From NCBI GenBank assembly GCA_040235515.1, contig JBECKX010000101.1, forward strand, positions 1-36,847: a stretch of DNA of 36,847 nt, written 5' to 3'. The notes below the pieces were generated by a model that was not told the origin of the DNA, did no database searches, and saw nothing but the letters and a program-made list of their open reading frames with translations. Shown in pieces: positions 1-9,129 of this stretch. Numbering within the stretch: the stretch's first letter is position 1; each line of letters starts with the position of its first letter. Source of the stretch: Candidatus Zixiibacteriota bacterium. GTDB lineage: Bacteria; Zixibacteria; MSB-5A5; CAIYYT01. Position numbers and translations under genes: made by a program.

Positions 1-11
1 GAATATCGCCT

Positions 12-1454
12 ATGAAGAAGAAAAATCTGATAACGAATGTGTTGATAACCGTCATTCTCGCGCAGCTTATCACACTGATACTACCGTTGAGCGCTGAGGC
101 ACAACGCCGACAGCGCAAAGAAAAGCCGTGGCCGCAGGTTAACCTCTCGACGCTGCCGACGGTTGTCGGGATGACAAACTCATGGCAGTTTGAGATCAAT
201 CAGCGGAGCCCCGCGTATCTCTCTGACCTGGACAAGCTTTACGTTGCTGCGTCGTTCGGTTTCGGAAAGAACGAGAATTCATTGAACACGCTCTCGGGCA
301 ACAAAGCTGAACGCTGGGGCTACTCGATTTACAACGATATCGATTACAAGATGACCGACTTTTCGCTGAACATCTACTCCCACCTCGGCAGTAATACTTT
401 CGGCGCTCTTTTTGCCACGTATGGCAGCGACAAGAACCAGACGACGAAGGACAACTTCCTCGAATCGATTCCGAACAGGCTCGATGTCAAAACCGCGTAT
501 GCCTGGCGATTCAAGCCAAACCTGACTTTTGCGGCTTCGGGACAGTTTACCAACTACCCGTATTCGTACGATTTTGCGCTACAGCCGGTAGGGGCATCAC
601 CATTTGACGCCCAGGTGGATTTGCCGGTGAATGTCGGCCAGAATTACATCGGAGAGACCGACATCATGTATCGCTCCGGGAATGATATTGACTATATCGT
701 TGGTGCGAAGTACCAGTATCGTTATTCGAAATTCAGGGCGCTGGACGAGATTGTCGGTGATGGGCTGCTCGACACGGCTGAGGTGAAGGAACACATCTAC
801 AGCGCGGCGCCTCGGGTTTCGGTCAAGAAGACGTTCCCCTCCGGCAGTTATATTCGAAGCGGTGCGGCTTACTATATTAACCTGTTCGACTACCAGTATT
901 TCGGCGGTGGAAACTACGACAAAGTCAATGCGGTGGTGCCATCATTCAGGGGGCAGGATCTCGCAACGATGGTTCCCAACTGGGAGTTCTATATCGATGG
1001 CAGCAAGGTGATCGGCCCGCAGGCGGTGATTTACTCGTCGCTACAATTCAGCAGCTACCCGAATAGCTTGACACCACAGGAATCTGACTGGGTACCGATC
1101 GATTTCTCACTGGTAAACGCGGATGACCTGTTCTCGGTTGAGTGGGTTACCGATATATCGGGCAAGCTGACCCGCATCTTGCATGGACTTGCCGGATTTA
1201 GAATCAGGTACCTTGACCCGAAGATAGATAGCGATCGACCGTCGATTGATGCGATTGAGGGTAGTGTCCCGCTCGATGATCGCTCGATTTTTGCCTCGCT
1301 CAGGCTCGGGACCACGACACGATTTTATCGCAGTCTCTGGTGGTCGATACGCCTGGAGAATTTGAATCTGTATACCTCTGAAGAACTGGGCACTGCGACA
1401 TTGTTCGAGAATCGCACCTTCATCGAGACTGAGGTCTTGCTGCTGGGTATCTGA
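12..1454 (+). CDS. Secreted putative outer-membrane beta-barrel protein (possibly FadL/PorV-like)
   Basis: 480 aa ORF; Sec signal (MKKK, hydrophobic core, AEA); aromatic-rich alternating beta-strands; N-terminal GMTN...SPAYL resembles the GM...NPA.L hatch motif of FadL/PorV-like barrels. Confidence 0.6.
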   Translation: MKKKNLITNVLITVILAQLITLILPLSAEAQRRQRKEKPWPQVNLSTLPTVVGMTNSWQFEINQRSPAYLSDLDKLYVAASFGFGKNENSLNTLSGNKAERWGYSIYNDIDYKMTDFSLNIYSHLGSNTFGALFATYGSDKNQTTKDNFLESIPNRLDVKTAYAWRFKPNLTFAASGQFTNYPYSYDFALQPVGASPFDAQVDLPVNVGQNYIGETDIMYRSGNDIDYIVGAKYQYRYSKFRALDEIVGDGLLDTAEVKEHIYSAAPRVSVKKTFPSGSYIRSGAAYYINLFDYQYFGGGNYDKVNAVVPSFRGQDLATMVPNWEFYIDGSKVIGPQAVIYSSLQFSSYPNSLTPQESDWVPIDFSLVNADDLFSVEWVTDISGKLTRILHGLAGFRIRYLDPKIDSDRPSIDAIEGSVPLDDRSIFASLRLGTTTRFYRSLWWSIRLENLNLYTSEELGTATLFENRTFIETEVLLLGI

Positions 1455-1457
1455 GGG

Positions 1458-1793
1458 ATGACGGGCTCAGAGGGCGCAAATGGGGAGTACATCTACATCT
1501 GGCGTTATATTGTCCGGCCGGAGAGGCTGGAAGAATACCTGGCTGCATACGGACCTGAGGGTGCGTGGGTGCAGTTGTTCAAGGGTGCGGAGGGCTACCG
1601 GGGCACCGAACTGCTCAAGGATCGGGAGCAGGAGGATTGTTACATCACGATAGACCGGTGGGATTCGCTGGAGGATTTTAATACGTTTGTTTCCCAGAAC
1701 CGAGATGCGTTCGAGGCGCTTGATAGGAAGTGCGAGGGATACACGGTCGCGGAGGAACGGCTGGGGGCATTCACGGATGATCTTACTCCATGA
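1458..1793 (+). CDS. Antibiotic biosynthesis monooxygenase (ABM)-domain protein
   Basis: 111 aa; YGPEGAWVQLF..AEGY.GTELL.D....YITIDRW.S pattern typical of small ABM dimeric alpha-beta barrel proteins; starts 3 bp after the previous stop. Confidence 0.8.
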   Translation: MTGSEGANGEYIYIWRYIVRPERLEEYLAAYGPEGAWVQLFKGAEGYRGTELLKDREQEDCYITIDRWDSLEDFNTFVSQNRDAFEALDRKCEGYTVAEERLGAFTDDLTP

Positions 1794-1804
1794 CCTGCTC
1801 TCAG

Positions 1805-2731
1805 TTACTCCGGTGTATTCGCAGGCAGAATCCTCAGTGTATCCAATATATCGAAGCCCGCTACTGACGGCGTATCAGGCGGAATCACCAACTCGGTAAG
1901 TTTACCGGGCCGCAGTTCGATCTGTTTACTGTAGGTTGAGCTGTAGGCACCCTGTTGACTCGAGCTTGCGCCCCTGCTTGAAACCGCGTACTGGCGTACA
2001 ATATTTAAGGTCGTCCGAACCGGGCCGTCGATTCTCTCCGGCAGATCTTCAAAGGAAAGCAGAAACCTGTACTTCATTTCCATGTAGCCCTCTGCCGATG
2101 GATTTGAGGAGAAAGTCGCCGTAAAACTGGTGGTCTGGTGGATTGCATTCGTCGAGTTTTTTGCGACGCTCCAACTCTTGCCATCGACAAGCTGGCGGCT
2201 GAGGAGGGTGACATTCGAGCCATCCCATTCGTTCTCTTCCGACATCGGAATCGGTCGATCAGAGAGCGTGATTCCGAGCAGGTATCTGATCCCATCCAGG
2301 TCTTCTCCAATGTCAACCGTCAGTTGGCTGTCGAGGGAAATGGGGGACTCGGAGTAGAACTGCCGGCCGCCGCTGATTTTCCCCTCGGAGTCGACATGAA
2401 GGTTGAAGATCGAGGCTGAGAGGAGATAGTCCCTTTCCAGCTGCTTGACACTCAATTCGTAGAGAAACTCCGCTGACGGCTCGCTGATCATCGAAGTCAT
2501 GCTCCCGCCAGAGACGCCGGACTCTGTCTCTCCGATCCAGAAAATTCCATTACAGGAGTGTCCCGGCCGGATTACACACCCGGACGCAGCGCCGGCATGT
2601 TCGTATTCCAGCGGGCTGCCCTTGAGCAGTCGGATCATCATGTGAAGTTGTCGTGCCTGGCAATCTGTTGTGAGCCAGAGCGTGGTGCCGATGATGGCTA
2701 TGACCAGCGAGCAGAAAAGTTGGCGTAGCAT
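1805..2731 (-). CDS. Secreted hypothetical protein, third gene of the ECF operon
   Basis: 308 aa; N-terminal signal peptide (ends CQA); GGGAGG RBS upstream; 14 bp downstream of the anti-sigma gene. Confidence 0.7.
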   Translation of the reverse strand: MLRQLFCSLVIAIIGTTLWLTTDCQARQLHMMIRLLKGSPLEYEHAGAASGCVIRPGHSCNGIFWIGETESGVSGGSMTSMISEPSAEFLYELSVKQLERDYLLSASIFNLHVDSEGKISGGRQFYSESPISLDSQLTVDIGEDLDGIRYLLGITLSDRPIPMSEENEWDGSNVTLLSRQLVDGKSWSVAKNSTNAIHQTTSFTATFSSNPSAEGYMEMKYRFLLSFEDLPERIDGPVRTTLNIVRQYAVSSRGASSSQQGAYSSTYSKQIELRPGKLTELVIPPDTPSVAGFDILDTLRILPANTPE

Positions 2732-2745
2732 AGTGCATTCCTCCC

Positions 2746-3195
2746 CTAATTCAGTTCAAACTCATCAGTGGTGATGGGTCGACTTGTGGCCGGTGCCAGT
2801 TGCTCAGATTCATAGAGTACGATATTCGACTTATGGACAATTTGCTGCGGCGATCGCTCGGGCTGAGACGAGAGCCCGGCCACCAACAACCCTGCGACGA
2901 ACAAGAGAATGGCTGCTGCCGAGGCGAGCGGCGCAGAAAGAGTGACGCGCGACCTCCAGAGGCGAACCATTGCAGGCTCGCTCTTCAGCGACTGTCGTGC
3001 CAATCCGGGCTGCTCCATGGCTGGCAGGTGGGGAAGTGATTGTAACATCAGTTGTTGTTTGACCAGATCGGCCCGGAACGCGCGCAGTTCGGGATCGACT
3101 GTTAGTTGTCTGTCCAGTTCCGCCCGCTGTTCGGGAGAGAGTTCGCCGTCCAGTTCAGCGGCGACGAGCTGCTCGAAGTATTCACGCTGCTTCAT
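2746..3195 (-). CDS. Transmembrane anti-sigma factor (ZAS/zf-HC2-like N-terminus, degenerate)
   Basis: LDGELSPEQRAEL..QL motif, single TM helix (PLASAAAILLFVAGLLVAGL), ATGA overlap with the sigma factor stop. Confidence 0.8.
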   Translation of the reverse strand: MKQREYFEQLVAAELDGELSPEQRAELDRQLTVDPELRAFRADLVKQQLMLQSLPHLPAMEQPGLARQSLKSEPAMVRLWRSRVTLSAPLASAAAILLFVAGLLVAGLSSQPERSPQQIVHKSNIVLYESEQLAPATSRPITTDEFELN

Positions 3196-3701
3196 ATCGC
3201 ATCCTCAATCCTCGATCTAAGTTTCTTCCTGATTCTGAAAAGCCTGACTCGAATCGCTTCAATCGTGATCCCCGATGACTCCGCCAGCTCCGACATCGAC
3301 AAGCCGACGTACTCTCGCAGGAGCAGGAGTTCCCGCTCCTCGACCGAGAGGATTTCCAGCATTTGCTGCAGGAACAGTCGTTGTTCAGCCGACAATTCAG
3401 TTCGGTTGAATATCGGCTCTCGAGCCGTGACGGTCCTTTCGTGCTTCGACCGCCTGAGTCTCGTGAAGAGCAGGTTTCTCGCCGTGATAAAGAGCCAGTT
3501 GCGCACGTTATCAGGCTCTCGTGGCTGTTTCATCAGACGCAGAAAAGTCTCGTTCACGATCTCGGCACTGGCATCGGCATCACCTGAAGCATAACAGCAG
3601 TCGCTGTAGATGTGGTCGCGATGAAGAGTGTAGAGATGCTGGAGCCGCTGCCGCTCGCTCGAGTTGAGCTGACCAGTGTCGCTTGATTCAGGATCATTCA
3701 T
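3192..3701 (-). CDS. ECF-type RNA polymerase sigma-70 factor
   Basis: 169 aa; region 2 (EIVNETFLRL...WLFITARN) and region 4 (LSVEERELLLLREYVGLSMSELA...IRVRLFRIRKKL). Confidence 0.9.
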   Translation of the reverse strand: MNDPESSDTGQLNSSERQRLQHLYTLHRDHIYSDCCYASGDADASAEIVNETFLRLMKQPREPDNVRNWLFITARNLLFTRLRRSKHERTVTAREPIFNRTELSAEQRLFLQQMLEILSVEERELLLLREYVGLSMSELAESSGITIEAIRVRLFRIRKKLRSRIEDAI

Positions 3702-3712
3702 CGTTCAACCTA

Positions 3713-3740
3713 AAGACTCGCGGGGAGGAGAAACGTTACA
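3713..3740 (-). promoter_or_regulatory. Putative ECF autoregulatory promoter TGTAAC-N16-AGTCTT
   Basis: Lies 11 bp upstream of the sigma ATG; AAC-N16-xGT geometry typical of ECF promoters. Confidence 0.6.
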
Positions 3741-3803
3741 ATTGATGATGCGGGTTTTTGATTGGGAGGTCAACCGCGGTGTTTGTGGCAGGCCATTTGC
3801 CCG

Positions 3804-3831
3804 AAAAAAAAGGGCGCAGCATGCTGCGCCC
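3804..3831 (-). terminator. Intrinsic terminator of the E1 gene (perfect 20-bp palindrome plus T8)
   Basis: GGGCGCAGCATGCTGCGCCC (3812-3831) followed on the minus strand by T8, 28 bp after the E1 stop. Confidence 0.8.
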
Positions 3832-3859
3832 ATAGAAGCAAGTTATTCTCTCTCGCTCG

Positions 3860-6154
3860 CTACCAGTTCACCACCTGTTCGGCTTTCTCCACGATCTGTT
3901 CCAGTTGGGGAAGCAGTGCACGGTCACCGTCAGGGCCGTAGGCAATGCGGCAATCGGGCGGAGTGATCATACCGATCGGTGCGTCGATGTAACCCATCGC
4001 GTCGGAGCCGGTGATGACCGCTGAGATAGTCGGTCCCGCACCGCCGGGGAAACGATCCTCGGACACGATCAGCACCCGGCTGCAATCGATAGCGGACTGG
4101 ATAATGGTTTCCTCGTCAAGCGGCTTGAGCGTGCGAAGATCGATCACGCGTGCCTTAATCCCCTTCTCCTCCAGCAGCTCTGCGGCACGGAGGCACATCG
4201 GCAGCGTGATGCCATACGAGATAATGGCGAGGTCGGTATTCTCTTTATTGTAGACCTTGGCCTGCCCGAATGGAATCATGTACTCAAGCGGGGGATACGG
4301 CTTCTCGATAGAAACGCCGTCCCAATCGCGGCGATTATAGAGCGCGACCGGCTCGCAGAAGAGTACCGGGTCTGGGCAGGCGATCGCCGTACGCAGCAGG
4401 CCAACGGCGTCTTCCGAGTTTGAGGGACAGACGATATGCAGTCCCGGGAAATTCATAAATGTGCCGAGGTTGGCCTCGGAATGCCAGAATGAGCCGGCAC
4501 CATGCTTATAGCCACCGTAGGTGCAGCGGATCACCATATCAGCGAATTCCTGTTTCTTGGAACGCTGATGCAGGGTTGCGATTCGATCCTTGAGCTGTTG
4601 GTAGGCGGGAGACATATAGTCGATGAACTGGATTTCCGGCATTGCAATACGGCCCTGGTAGGCGTGTCCGCTGGCACGACCGAGAATACCTGCCTCGTCA
4701 AGCGGCGTGTTGAAGACACGTTTGTCGCCGAAGGCACGCTGCAAGCCCTGCGTCACCAGGAATACGCCGCCCTTACCCTTGAGAATCTTCTGCTCTTCCT
4801 TATCGAGCTTCATCTTGCCGGAGAAGTCGGCGACATCCTCGCCGAAGAGAACGGCATCGGGGGTCAGCAGGAAGAGATCGAAGAGCGCATAATTGAGGGC
4901 GCGACGCATCGTCATCGGCCCAAGATTCTCGGGGAGGTCAGCCGAGGGGCGAGCCCCCATTTCATGATACTTCTTGTAGTCCTTGGCACGATCACCTTCG
5001 TACCCATTGACGATTGCATTCCAGCGTTCAACCGCGTCATCGAAGTTGTAGCTGGTGACCAAATCCATGATATAGTCGCGGTCTTTTAGCTGGCGATCGG
5101 CCACCACTTCGGCAGAGATCCGGGAGACCTCTTCATCATACTTTTCATACATCTGCTTCACCTGATCGGCGGTGAGGATACCGTCATGGATCAAGGTTTT
5201 GGCAGCCTTGAGAATCGGATCATTGGTGTAGTGCCATTTCTGTTCGGCCAGTGCCATGTAGAAAGACTGATCGTCGGAACCGGAATGGCTCTCTTCGCGA
5301 ACAACCTTCACCTCAAGCAGGACCGGACCTTTGCCCGAGCGCGCATAGTCGATTGCCTCTTTAAGGTTCTTGATGGTCTCTTTAATTTCCGTACCATCGA
5401 AATGGAGGATCTTGAGGCCGAAGCGTTTGTAACCCTCGAACGGTGAGGTAGGATCACCTTCCGGGAATTGCTCTTCGACAGAGACGGAGATTGCCCAACC
5501 GCAGTTATAGATGGCAAAGATGTTACGAGTTTTATCGAATACCGAGTAGAACACCGCGCGAGCGAACTCAGCTTCCGAGGTTGAGCCCTCGCCAATGGCG
5601 GTATAGACGATCGCATCATTGGGCCAGCGGCCACCGGGGTAGCGCGACTGCTGCGAGATTTTCGTGGGGTTGATCAATGCCTCGCCGAGTCCGGCGGCTT
5701 CCAGCGCGTGCGAGCCGGTTGGGGAAGCCTGCGGCATAATCGATTCTTTGGCATGAGCGGCGTGATGATGCTGGATCATGCCCCCGGTCGAAGTCGATCG
5801 CGGATCGCCGATCGCTTCGAGCATTTTTTGACGAATGTCGATGCCCCGGGTAAGATCGAAGGTCATGTTGCGGTAGTAGCCGAAGAAAGGATCGTTTTGG
5901 CGCAGCAGATGCCCGCAAATCGAATCGACCAGTTCCTTGCCGGAGGAGCCGATGAAGAAATAACACTCACCGCGGCGGGTGAGGAGTTTTTCCTCGATCA
6001 GGATTCGCCGCGATTTGATCATCGTATCGAAAATCTGTTCCAGCTGATTTGCGGTCATTCCGGAGTAATCTTTGAGAGGCTTGTCGCGGTCTTTGATATA
6101 AGATCCGACTTCGTCGAACTCCTCTACCGCTTGCAGTATTTCCTTAATGTCCAA
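3860..6154 (-). CDS. 2-oxoacid dehydrogenase E1, fused alpha/beta subunits (2-oxoisovalerate dehydrogenase-like)
   Basis: TPP motif GEG-X26-N, HSGSDD loop, beta-domain GEDV, NTPLDE, EIQFIDY, WHSE, transketolase C-terminal DLRTLKPLD; TTG start with purine-rich RBS. Confidence 0.9.
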   Translation of the reverse strand: MDIKEILQAVEEFDEVGSYIKDRDKPLKDYSGMTANQLEQIFDTMIKSRRILIEEKLLTRRGECYFFIGSSGKELVDSICGHLLRQNDPFFGYYRNMTFDLTRGIDIRQKMLEAIGDPRSTSTGGMIQHHHAAHAKESIMPQASPTGSHALEAAGLGEALINPTKISQQSRYPGGRWPNDAIVYTAIGEGSTSEAEFARAVFYSVFDKTRNIFAIYNCGWAISVSVEEQFPEGDPTSPFEGYKRFGLKILHFDGTEIKETIKNLKEAIDYARSGKGPVLLEVKVVREESHSGSDDQSFYMALAEQKWHYTNDPILKAAKTLIHDGILTADQVKQMYEKYDEEVSRISAEVVADRQLKDRDYIMDLVTSYNFDDAVERWNAIVNGYEGDRAKDYKKYHEMGARPSADLPENLGPMTMRRALNYALFDLFLLTPDAVLFGEDVADFSGKMKLDKEEQKILKGKGGVFLVTQGLQRAFGDKRVFNTPLDEAGILGRASGHAYQGRIAMPEIQFIDYMSPAYQQLKDRIATLHQRSKKQEFADMVIRCTYGGYKHGAGSFWHSEANLGTFMNFPGLHIVCPSNSEDAVGLLRTAIACPDPVLFCEPVALYNRRDWDGVSIEKPYPPLEYMIPFGQAKVYNKENTDLAIISYGITLPMCLRAAELLEEKGIKARVIDLRTLKPLDEETIIQSAIDCSRVLIVSEDRFPGGAGPTISAVITGSDAMGYIDAPIGMITPPDCRIAYGPDGDRALLPQLEQIVEKAEQVVNW

Positions 6155-6293
6155 TTTATCCTACCTTTCCGGGCACCTCAGACATATCGAATTCGGGACT
6201 ATCTGTTCTGCGGCGGCGAAGCTGTCGTTGCAGCCGGGTCGACGCAGATTTGCCGGAGCGCATTTGCGGTCCGCACAATAAAAATAACTACGT

Positions 6294-6321
6294 AACTTAT
6301 ACTTCGTGTGCGAAATTTCAA
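6294..6321 (-). promoter_or_regulatory. Putative sigma70 promoter for E1 (TTGAAA-N16-TAAGTT)
   Basis: Consensus-like hexamers in an AT-rich patch about 140 bp upstream of the start. Confidence 0.4.
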
Positions 6322-6635
6322 GTCGATTTTTTGGGGAAAATGGGCTGAATCGGGCTATTTTAGGCTGATTCCGGCGTTGTTGCTATCGAGAGCGGCAGTT
6401 GCTCTCAGCGTGCAAAATCGGAGCGGATCAGGGTTCCATCAGCACCGGCAGCAGGGAGTTCCGGACTGCCTTCGATGAGCCTGGCTGCCTGAATCTCTAC
6501 TATGGCTGGTCTGTCCGGGCGATCTCAAGCGCGATCTCCGGCGCTACGAGGTCTCAGTCCACTTGCTGTTCGGGAATTCAGCGGTAAAGTCGGCGCATGC
6601 TGCGGCGGGGTGTCCCCTCCCCGACGACTATCCGG

Positions 6636-7232
6636 CTAAGCAGACGCACTGGATTTCCGTGCGCACTCAGCTCCGAAATCGAAACACTCCCTTAGCTTGT
6701 CAGAATCACCGGCTACCGCCCCCAATGGTTCTTCATCATGGGCGTAGGTGATGCTGCCGGCGTTTTCGATTCCTGTCCAGATAAAGAAGCCATGAATCAC
6801 GCGGCGGGCGGCATCATACTTCTCGCGTGCTCCACCGACGAGGATGTAGGCACCTCTGGAGTTGAGGATCCCTTCATTATCGAAGACGCACCTGCCATTT
6901 TCGAACTTTGGTGGACGAAAGCAATTGCAGCGATCGATGAAGAGTTTGGTCTGCGAAGAGACTGTATCAAAATAGATCGGTGTGGCGATCAGGAGAAAGT
7001 CGGCAGCTTTGAGATGGTCGAGAAAGGGATACAGTTCATCCTTATAGATGCAGAGGAGCGGGCGGGGATCGACGGCGCAGGCCTGGCAGGGGATGATTTC
7101 AAGGTCATTCAACCTGACCGAGACGACTTCAGTCGCGGGCGCTGCCGAGACGAACCCACGAATGAATTCTTCCGCGAGGATCTCGGTTGAGCTACCGACG
7201 CGGGGGGAGCCATTGACGACCAGAAGTTTCAT
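6636..7232 (-). CDS. Flavodoxin-fold NADPH-dependent FMN reductase / iron-sulfur flavoprotein-like protein
   Basis: NGSPR..SST FMN-phosphate loop, CQAC...C motif, ATPIYF...SQTKLFIDR. Confidence 0.9.
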   Translation of the reverse strand: MKLLVVNGSPRVGSSTEILAEEFIRGFVSAAPATEVVSVRLNDLEIIPCQACAVDPRPLLCIYKDELYPFLDHLKAADFLLIATPIYFDTVSSQTKLFIDRCNCFRPPKFENGRCVFDNEGILNSRGAYILVGGAREKYDAARRVIHGFFIWTGIENAGSITYAHDEEPLGAVAGDSDKLRECFDFGAECARKSSASA

Positions 7233-7239
7233 AGGCGTC

Positions 7240-9129
7240 CTACGCTATTGCCTCGCCGTCATCGAGCAGTTCGTAGTATTCCCACATCACCTCATCGAGC
7301 TCTTCCTGCTTCTGTTTTTGTGCTTCGCCCAATTCGGAGAGTTTCTCCCAGTTGTCGGCGTTGGAGTCGTCATTCTGTGCTGCTTTGATCTGCTCGATAT
7401 CCTCTTCCAGAGCAGCTACCCTTTCCTCCAGCTCCTTGATGCGCCGTTTTCTGGAGGTCGCGAGGTTCTTGAGACGTCGCTCCTCTTTGTAGTCGAGCTT
7501 ACGCTGTTGCTTAGAATTATCGAGGGTCGGGGATTCGAAGTTCTTACGGTATTCGACGTACTCCGAGTAACGCCCGCGAAAATCGATGATGCGGCCATCC
7601 TCCAGGGCCAGTATTCGCGTGGCGACCGCTTCGAGGAAGTAGCGGTCATGGCTGACCACCAGCAGGGTCCCGTCATACTCATTAAGGGCTTCTTCCAGCA
7701 CTTCGCGTGAGCCGAGATCAAGATGATTCGTCGGCTCGTCGAGGATGATGAAATTCGAGGGCAGCGCCAGCAGCCATGCCAGGGCGAGTTTCTTTTTCTC
7801 ACCGCCGGAGAGTAACTTGACCTGTTTGAAGACATCATCGCCAAAGAAGAGAAAGCGCGCCAGATGTGAGCGAAGCGTGAAGGCATCCCATTGAGGCTGG
7901 ATGTCCCACACGGTGTCGATCACGCGGTCTTCAGGATTGAGCATCGCCAAATCCTGATCGAAATATTCCAGGTCGACGTTGCGGCCGATTTCGATGTTAC
8001 CCTCATAGCCGTCCAGCTGACCGACGATCGCCTTGATCAGAGTGGTTTTTCCGGTTCCGTTGCGACCGATCAGGGCAACTTTCTGGCCGCGCTCGAGTTT
8101 GAAATCGACATCGGAGAAGAGGACGCGCTCGTCGTAGGCGAAGCTGAGTTCTTCCACTTCGAGGATAGACTGAAACGAGCGCCGCGAGGATTGCATCTTG
8201 AAGCGAGCTTTCTTTGCATCAGAGGTTGGTGCGTCGAGTCGCTCAAGCTTCGAAAGCGCCAACCGGCGTGACTGAGCCTGTTTGGTTTTCTGCCCGGCGA
8301 TGTTTCTGGCGATAAAGTCCTGGATGCGGGCGATTTCCTCCTGTTGCTCCAGGTATTTCTTGAGTTGCAGGCGCCGACGTTCGGCGCGCTCTTCGCAGTA
8401 AGCGGTGAAATTGCCGTGGTAAAGCTCCAGGGTACCGTGATCCAGCTCGACGATCTTATTCACCACGTGATCGAGAAAGACGCGGTCGTGCGATACGACG
8501 ATCAGAGCACCGCTGAAGCGCAGCAGGTACTCCTCGAGCCAGACGGTGGACTCGATATCGAGGTGGTTGGTTGGCTCATCCAGCAGGAGCAGGTCTGGCG
8601 AATGAAGCAGGACCTTGGCTAGCTCGGCGCGATTTCGCTCTCCTCCAGAAAAGCTGCTGATCGGGCGATGGAAGTCTGACTCGGCGAAACCGAGTCCGAC
8701 CAGGACATTCTTGATATCGCTATCAAGGGTGTAGCCGCCTTTCAATTCCCAGCGATTCTGCAGATTGCCGTAGCGCTCGAGGATTTTTTCATCCCCACCG
8801 GCGAGTTGCGGCTCGAGCGACTCCATCTCGCTTTTCAGTTCGAGCAGCTCGGTATGAGATTCGAGCATGGCCAGAAAGAGTGGATAATCAGACTTGAGCT
8901 GGTCTTCCTGCGACACATAACCGAGCTTCAGGCTGGGATTGAGGGTCACGCTGCCGTAATCGGCAAGAACTTCGCCGAGAACGATTTTGAGGATGGTGGT
9001 TTTGCCCGCGCCGTTGGGACCCACTAAACCGTACTTATCACCTTTGACGACCTGAAGATTGACGCCACGCAGGAGTGCGGAATCGTTGGCGAACGCCTTG
9101 TTGATGTCATTAAGCTGGAGATAGATCAA
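7240..9129 (-). CDS. ABC-F family ATPase (Uup/YheS-like)
   Basis: Two NBDs (GPNGAGKT, GRNGTGKT; SGGE; LDEPTNHLD twice; SHDR twice), no TM segments, C-terminal coiled coil; TTG start overlaps the upstream stop. Confidence 0.95.
   Translation of the reverse strand: MIYLQLNDINKAFANDSALLRGVNLQVVKGDKYGLVGPNGAGKTTILKIVLGEVLADYGSVTLNPSLKLGYVSQEDQLKSDYPLFLAMLESHTELLELKSEMESLEPQLAGGDEKILERYGNLQNRWELKGGYTLDSDIKNVLVGLGFAESDFHRPISSFSGGERNRAELAKVLLHSPDLLLLDEPTNHLDIESTVWLEEYLLRFSGALIVVSHDRVFLDHVVNKIVELDHGTLELYHGNFTAYCEERAERRRLQLKKYLEQQEEIARIQDFIARNIAGQKTKQAQSRRLALSKLERLDAPTSDAKKARFKMQSSRRSFQSILEVEELSFAYDERVLFSDVDFKLERGQKVALIGRNGTGKTTLIKAIVGQLDGYEGNIEIGRNVDLEYFDQDLAMLNPEDRVIDTVWDIQPQWDAFTLRSHLARFLFFGDDVFKQVKLLSGGEKKKLALAWLLALPSNFIILDEPTNHLDLGSREVLEEALNEYDGTLLVVSHDRYFLEAVATRILALEDGRIIDFRGRYSEYVEYRKNFESPTLDNSKQQRKLDYKEERRLKNLATSRKRRIKELEERVAALEEDIEQIKAAQNDDSNADNWEKLSELGEAQKQKQEELDEVMWEYYELLDDGEAIA

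Noticed and set aside
6306..6323. Second Rex/CRP-like site at the E1 promoter (GTGTGCGAAATTTCAAGT)
   Set aside because: Only about 8/14 match to the Rex consensus, which is not distinguishable from chance
6400..6630. Possible TPP riboswitch or ncRNA upstream of the TPP-dependent E1 (CUGAGA and GAACCCUGAUC on the minus strand)
   Set aside because: Motifs are too far apart, the UAAU.C..GCG.AGG 3' part is missing, and the region lies upstream of the likely E1 promoter
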